Below, piece after piece: positions 59,361-64,000 of a stretch of DNA of 64,000 nt. Each line of letters begins with the position of its first letter. Position 1 is the stretch's first letter. The notes beneath the pieces are model-generated. The model did not search any database. It was not told the DNA's origin and worked only from the letters and a program-made list of their open reading frames with translations. Both the position numbers and the translations under genes were made by a program. Source of the stretch: Gemmatimonadota bacterium (GTDB taxonomy: Bacteria > Gemmatimonadota > Gemmatimonadetes > Longimicrobiales > Gaopeijiaceae); NCBI GenBank assembly GCA_034521595.1, contig JAXHMG010000003.1, forward strand, positions 1,600,001 through 1,664,000, written 5' to 3'.

Positions 59361-61427
59361 CCGACCCGTACCCTCCGGAACAGGAAGCAGACATGAGATC
59401 CGATTCCCCGTCCCCGTCCACGGAGCGAACCCGGCTGCGCGCCGGTGCCTGGGCGCTGGCTGCCGGCCTCGCGGTCGGTGCGACCGCCTGCACTTCGTCC
59501 TCGGGCATGCCGTCGGCCGCGCCGGCGGAGGTCGAGCGGCAGGTCCAACCTTTCTCGGAGACGAGCCCCCCGTCCCCGGACCCGCGGGTCGGTCTCGGAG
59601 CCGGTCTCATGGACGCCGAGGAGGCGATCTGGAACCTGAAAAAGGTTTCGTCGACCCCGCCACCGGAGGACTTCATCGGAGTGACGAACTCCGACCTGGC
59701 GTTCAAGGACGACTACGTCATCCAGGGGAACTACAACGGCTTCCAGATCTGGGACGTCTCGGAGCCGGCCGACCCCGTGTTGGTGGAAGCTTTCGTCTGC
59801 CCGGCCTCACAGAGCGACGTGTCGGTCTACGAGGACTTGCTTTTCGTCTCCGGTGAGGGACTCGGCGGCCGCGTGGACTGTGGCGTCCAGGGTGTACCCC
59901 AAGCGGTGAGCGAGGACCGGCTCCGCGGCATCCGCATCTTCGACATCTCGGACCTCCGCAACCCCGAGTACATCGCGAACGTGCAGACGTGCCGCGGCTC
60001 GCACACGCACACCGTGCTCAAGGATCCGGCCGACGACGAGAACGTCTACATCTACGTTTCCGGCTCGGCCCCGGTGCGTCCGGACGAGGAGCTTCCCGGG
60101 TGCGTGAGCGTGATGCCGGACGAGGACCCGAACACGGCGCTCTTCCGCATCGAAGTAATTCAGGTCCCGTTGGCGAACCCCGAGGCGGCCGAGATCGTCA
60201 GCTCGCCGCGGATCTTCGAGAACCTCGAAGCCCCACCCACACACGGTCCTGCACCCGCGGATCGCGAGGCGATCGAGGAGGCCCGGGAAGCGGGTGCCTT
60301 CGTCATCGAGGTCATGGGCGAAGAGATGATCCTTCCGGACGAGTCGGCCGACGCGCTTCTCTCACAGGTCGTGGAACAGCGCGGCGGATCGGGTCCACCC
60401 ACGGCCGCCGACAGCGCCGCGCTCCGTGAGCGCCTTCCCTCCATCGTCCAGCAAATGATGGGCATGCCCGAAGGAGCGGAGAACGGTGCCGAGCCCGGTC
60501 CCACGCAGTGCCACGACATCACCGTGTATCCGGAGATCGGAGTCGCGGGTGGCGCCTGCGAGGGGTACGGGCTGCTCCTCGACATCGAGGATCCGGTCGA
60601 ACCAACCCGGCTCACGGCAGTCGCCGACTCCAACTTCTCGTACTGGCACTCGGCGACTTTCAACAACGACGGCAGCAAGGTGCTGTTCACCGACGAGTGG
60701 GGTGGCGGCGGCCAGCCGAAGTGCCGGGAATCGGACCCGAAGGAGTGGGGCGCGAACGCCATCTTCACGATTCAGGACGGGGACATGCAGTTCGAGAGCT
60801 ACTACAAGCTCCCCGCGCCCCAGACCTCACTGGAAAACTGCGTGGCGCACAACGGATCCATGATTCCGGTGCCCGGACGTGACATCATGGTACAGTCGTG
60901 GTACCAGGGCGGCATCTCGATCTTCGACTGGACCGACCCGGAGAACCCGTTCGAGATCGCGTTCCACGACCGCGGTCCCGTGGATTCGACACGCCAGGCC
61001 TCCGGCGGAAGCTGGTCCGTCTACTGGTACAACGGCATGCTCGTGAACTCGGAGATCGCGCGCGGGCTCGACATCTTCGAGCTCGAGCCCAGCGGCTACC
61101 TGACTCGGAACGAGATCGACGCCGCCAACACCGTGCAGCTCGACTACCTGAACGCGCAGGGCCAGCCGCAGTACCAGTGGCCGCCGTCGTTCGCGTTGGC
61201 TCGGGCGTACGTGGACCAGCTGGAGCGCTGGGACGGGTTGGACCTCCCGCGGATCGCGGCCGTGCGACAGGCGCTCCGAAGCGCGGAAGAGGCTTCGGGA
61301 TCGGCTCGCGCCTCGACACTGAACACGTTGGCCGACGAGCTCGAGCGGGACGCGAGCGGTGCCGCGGCCCCGGAGAAAGGTCAGGACGCTGGCCGAGGCG
61401 GTGCGGGAGCTGGCCTCGTCGTCATGA
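59357..61427 (+). CDS. LVIVD-repeat lipoprotein; probable 1-base frameshift near the C-terminus (~61377)
   Basis: NSDLAF, QSDVSV, CRGSHTHT, CHDI, WHSATF, NCVAHN; an alternative frame gives KVRTLAEAVRELASSS* ending at 61427. Confidence 0.75.
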
Positions 61428-63324
61428 CGACGCATCCGAGCGCGTCCGGCGCGTCCAACACCGCGTCAGGAATGCCCCACCCGTCGACGAGGGTGAGGGC
61501 CACCGGGCGGAGCGCTCGGCACAACACGCCGACCTCCGCCCGGATGGCCCGACTCTTGACCGGTTCCACGTAGCCGGCCTCGAGAAACCAGGCCCGGTCC
61601 TCTTGCATGCGCTCGAGCGCGAAGAGGCGCGCGAGATCCGCGAGCATGTCCGACGCGTCCCCCGATGGTGCCTCCACCACGCCCTCCAGGAACGCCTCCA
61701 ACGCCAGCCGCTCTCCGTGTGCGACAGCCAGCGTCTCGAGGTGGTCCTGGCAGCGATTGAATGCCTCGAACGGCTCCACGCCGTCGTCGATGAACCCCTT
61801 TAGGCGACGAGCCGCCGACTCGAGGAGCCGCTCCTCACGGTAGCGGAACGCGGCCCGGTGGTACTCGGGGTCGCGGAGGTGGTCGCGGTCGGTGCGCCGG
61901 GTCGCGACGGGGTTCCGCTCCCGGACGGTCGTTCCGGCCCGCTCCGCGACGTAGCGTAGGGCGTCCATGAAGTGCAGGTCACCCATCTCCTCGCGGAACT
62001 GCGTGAGGAGGCTTTTCGCCACGAGCTGGAGGAGCACGGGATTGGCCCCCTCGAACGTGCTGAACACGTCTGTGTCGGCCCGGAGCCGTCCGAGACGATT
62101 GGCCGCGTGATACCCGCGTCCGCCCATGGCCTCGCGCGCCTCCTGGATAGCGTCGGCGGCGTGCCACGAGGCGAGGGCCTTTAGGACCGCGGCCCGAGCT
62201 TCCACCTCGCGAAGCCCTTCCTCGGTCCCCTCTCCCCCAGCCCTTCGCGCCCTCAGTACCTCCGCATATCGGCCGACGAGCTTCCTGACCGCGAAGTGAT
62301 ACGCATAGGTGGCCGCCACCCTGGGCAGGAGCCGGCGCTGATGCGAGGCGTAGTCGAGAACGGGCACCTCCACACCGTCTTCGGGCCCGAACTGGCGCCT
62401 CCGATCGGAATAGCGCACGCCGATCGTCAGTCCGACCTTCGCCGCGCTGACCGACGCCGCCGCGATCGAGATGCGGCCGGCCACGAGCGTGCCGAGCATG
62501 GTGAAAAAGCGGCGACCGGAGCTCTCGATGGTGCTCTCGTAACGGCCGCCTTCGGTCACCGTGGCGAAACGGTCGAGCAGGTGCTCCCGGGGCACGCGCA
62601 CCCGATCGAACCAGATCCGGCCGTTGTCCACGCCATTGAGCCCCACCTTCGGCCCGTTGTCCTCGATGCGGACGCCGGGCAGCGGCGCTCCGTCCTCGTC
62701 CCGAATCGGCACGACGAGCGCATGGACGCCATGCGCCTCACCTCTCACGGAGAGCTGGGCGAAGACGGTCGCCATCCGTCCGTCGAGCGCGGCGTTGCCG
62801 ATCCACTCCTTCCCCGCGCCCTCGTGCGGCGTGTCGAGCACGAATCCGTCCGTCTCGTCGTCCCACGTCGCGGTGGTCTCGAGCTCCCGCACGTTCGAGC
62901 CGTGCCCGATCTCCGTCATCGCGTAGCAGCCGGGTAGCTCGAGCGTGCCGATCTCGCGCAGCCATCGGTGATGGTGCTTCTCCGTTCCGAGCTGAAGCAC
63001 GCTCCCGCCCCAGAGCCCGAACTGCACGCCGAACTTGACCAGAATCGACGTATCCCCGAACGCGAGCGTCTCGAACACGGCAATGGCCCGCTCCGGCGCG
63101 TCTTCGCCTCCGTAAGCCCGCGGAAACGCGAGCCTACCCAGGCCCTCGGCCGCGAGTACCTCCACCGCCATGCGAACCCGGCGTCGGTGCTCGGCCCGGT
63201 CGATTTCCACCGGGATCAGGAAGGACTCGGTGGTGAGGAGATCGAGCACGCGCTGACGCAAGTCCGGATGCGGCTCACCGAGGTAAGGGACGAGTGAGGT
63301 GAGAAGCTGCATGTCGTCGGCCAT
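61381..63324 (-). CDS. Acyl-CoA oxidase/dehydrogenase
   Basis: GVQFGLWGG, AMTEIGHGSNV, KEWIGNAA, GLNGVDNG, TFEGAN.VL.Q. Confidence 0.9.
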   Translation of the reverse strand: MADDMQLLTSLVPYLGEPHPDLRQRVLDLLTTESFLIPVEIDRAEHRRRVRMAVEVLAAEGLGRLAFPRAYGGEDAPERAIAVFETLAFGDTSILVKFGVQFGLWGGSVLQLGTEKHHHRWLREIGTLELPGCYAMTEIGHGSNVRELETTATWDDETDGFVLDTPHEGAGKEWIGNAALDGRMATVFAQLSVRGEAHGVHALVVPIRDEDGAPLPGVRIEDNGPKVGLNGVDNGRIWFDRVRVPREHLLDRFATVTEGGRYESTIESSGRRFFTMLGTLVAGRISIAAASVSAAKVGLTIGVRYSDRRRQFGPEDGVEVPVLDYASHQRRLLPRVAATYAYHFAVRKLVGRYAEVLRARRAGGEGTEEGLREVEARAAVLKALASWHAADAIQEAREAMGGRGYHAANRLGRLRADTDVFSTFEGANPVLLQLVAKSLLTQFREEMGDLHFMDALRYVAERAGTTVRERNPVATRRTDRDHLRDPEYHRAAFRYREERLLESAARRLKGFIDDGVEPFEAFNRCQDHLETLAVAHGERLALEAFLEGVVEAPSGDASDMLADLARLFALERMQEDRAWFLEAGYVEPVKSRAIRAEVGVLCRALRPVALTLVDGWGIPDAVLDAPDALGCVVMTTRPAPAPPRPAS

Positions 63325-63440
63325 GAGCGGTCGCGAAGGAAGCGGGGAGTCGTGGACCGCAGTGCGTACCGCGGCGCTTTGATTCGGGTTCCTGCGTGGG
63401 ATGGCATTCTGCTCACGTACACGGCCAGAAGGCGGCCGTT

Positions 63441-63472
63441 TGGCACACGTCCAGTATTCGGTTTATATTCGG
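63441..63472 (+). promoter_or_regulatory. sigma70-type promoter (TGGCAC-17-TATATT) overlapped by a TTCGG-N6-TTCGG operator
   Basis: TATTCGGTTTATATTCGG at 63455-63472, matching the copy upstream of imuB. Confidence 0.75.
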
Positions 63473-63477
63473 CCATC

Positions 63478-64000
63478 GTGTACATCGAGCTCCACGCCCA
63501 CTCCGGCTTCTCCTTCCTGGACGGCGCCTCCCACCCGGAGGAGCTGGTGCTGCGCGCGAAGGAGCTCGGCTACCCCGCCCTGGCCCTCACCGACCACGAC
63601 GGGCTCTACGGCTCCATGGAGTTCGCCCAGACGGCGAAGCACTGGGACCTCCAGGCCATCACGGGGGCGGAGGTCACGCTCGAGGGTGGCCACCACGTCA
63701 CCCTCCTCGCCGAAACACCGACCGGCTACGCGAACCTGTGCCGCCTCATCACCGAGGCCCACATGACCTCCGAGCGAGGCTCGCCCCGGCTTCCCCTTCC
63801 CTCACTCCTGGAGCGCTCCACCGGGTTGATCCTGCTCACGGGGTGTCGGCGGAGCCCGCTGGCCGCCGCGCTCGACTCCTCGGTAGCGGACGGCGAGGCG
63901 CTCCTCCGCCAGCTCGTGAACGCGTTCGGTCCGGGAAGCGTCTTCGTCGAGCTCCAGGACAACGCGGTCCAGGGTGACCGGGCCCGGAATCGCGCACTCG
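63478..64000 (+). CDS. dnaE2: Error-prone DNA polymerase DnaE2 (5' part; runs off window end)
   Basis: Manual translation from GTG 63478: VYIELHAHSGFSFLDGASHPEELV...ALALTDHDGLYG...GAEVTL...GYANLCRLIT. Confidence 0.88.
   Translation, partial: MYIELHAHSGFSFLDGASHPEELVLRAKELGYPALALTDHDGLYGSMEFAQTAKHWDLQAITGAEVTLEGGHHVTLLAETPTGYANLCRLITEAHMTSERGSPRLPLPSLLERSTGLILLTGCRRSPLAAALDSSVADGEALLRQLVNAFGPGSVFVELQDNAVQGDRARNRAL

Noticed and set aside
1-64000. tRNA, rRNA, prophage, defence systems
   Set aside because: None recognised; intergenic gaps are short and almost all ORFs match housekeeping or metabolic families

Overview
GC-rich bacterial chromosomal window made up mostly of housekeeping genes. 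Gene content and order suggest Gemmatimonadota (inference, not verified). Bases 1-25.8 kb are an almost continuous minus-strand run: pepA, an outer-membrane protein, yicC-gmk-rpoZ-coaBC-udg-dnaB-ispD-tsaC-LMW phosphatase-aroE-comF-gap-pgk-tpiA-secG, 2-oxoacid dehydrogenase E1alpha-like/E1beta/E2-lipB, carA, HU, an ECF sigma/anti-sigma/periplasmic triad and moaD-moaE-moaA. Bases 27.7-64 kb are more accessory: imuB plus a stand-alone ImuB-C-like gene, an atypical nitric oxide reductase operon (unannotated 48-aa membrane peptide, di-haem NorC, NorB, NorQ, NorD), ferritin, recX, an oadGAB-like Na+ pump, a two-component system, an Fe3+ ABC transporter with a Fur-like box, a PQQ dehydrogenase, monomeric icd, DUF305 and LVIVD lipoproteins, an acyl-CoA oxidase-like gene and the start of dnaE2. 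The most notable observations are: (1) a near-identical 18-bp promoter-overlapping direct-repeat operator shared by imuB and dnaE2 about 35.7 kb apart; (2) the variant cNOR; (3) a 33-bp perfect-inverted-repeat MITE at the gap stop codon; (4) a degenerate E1alpha. No rRNA, tRNA or CRISPR array was seen. Two single-base frameshifts (moaE, LVIVD gene) may be sequencing errors.
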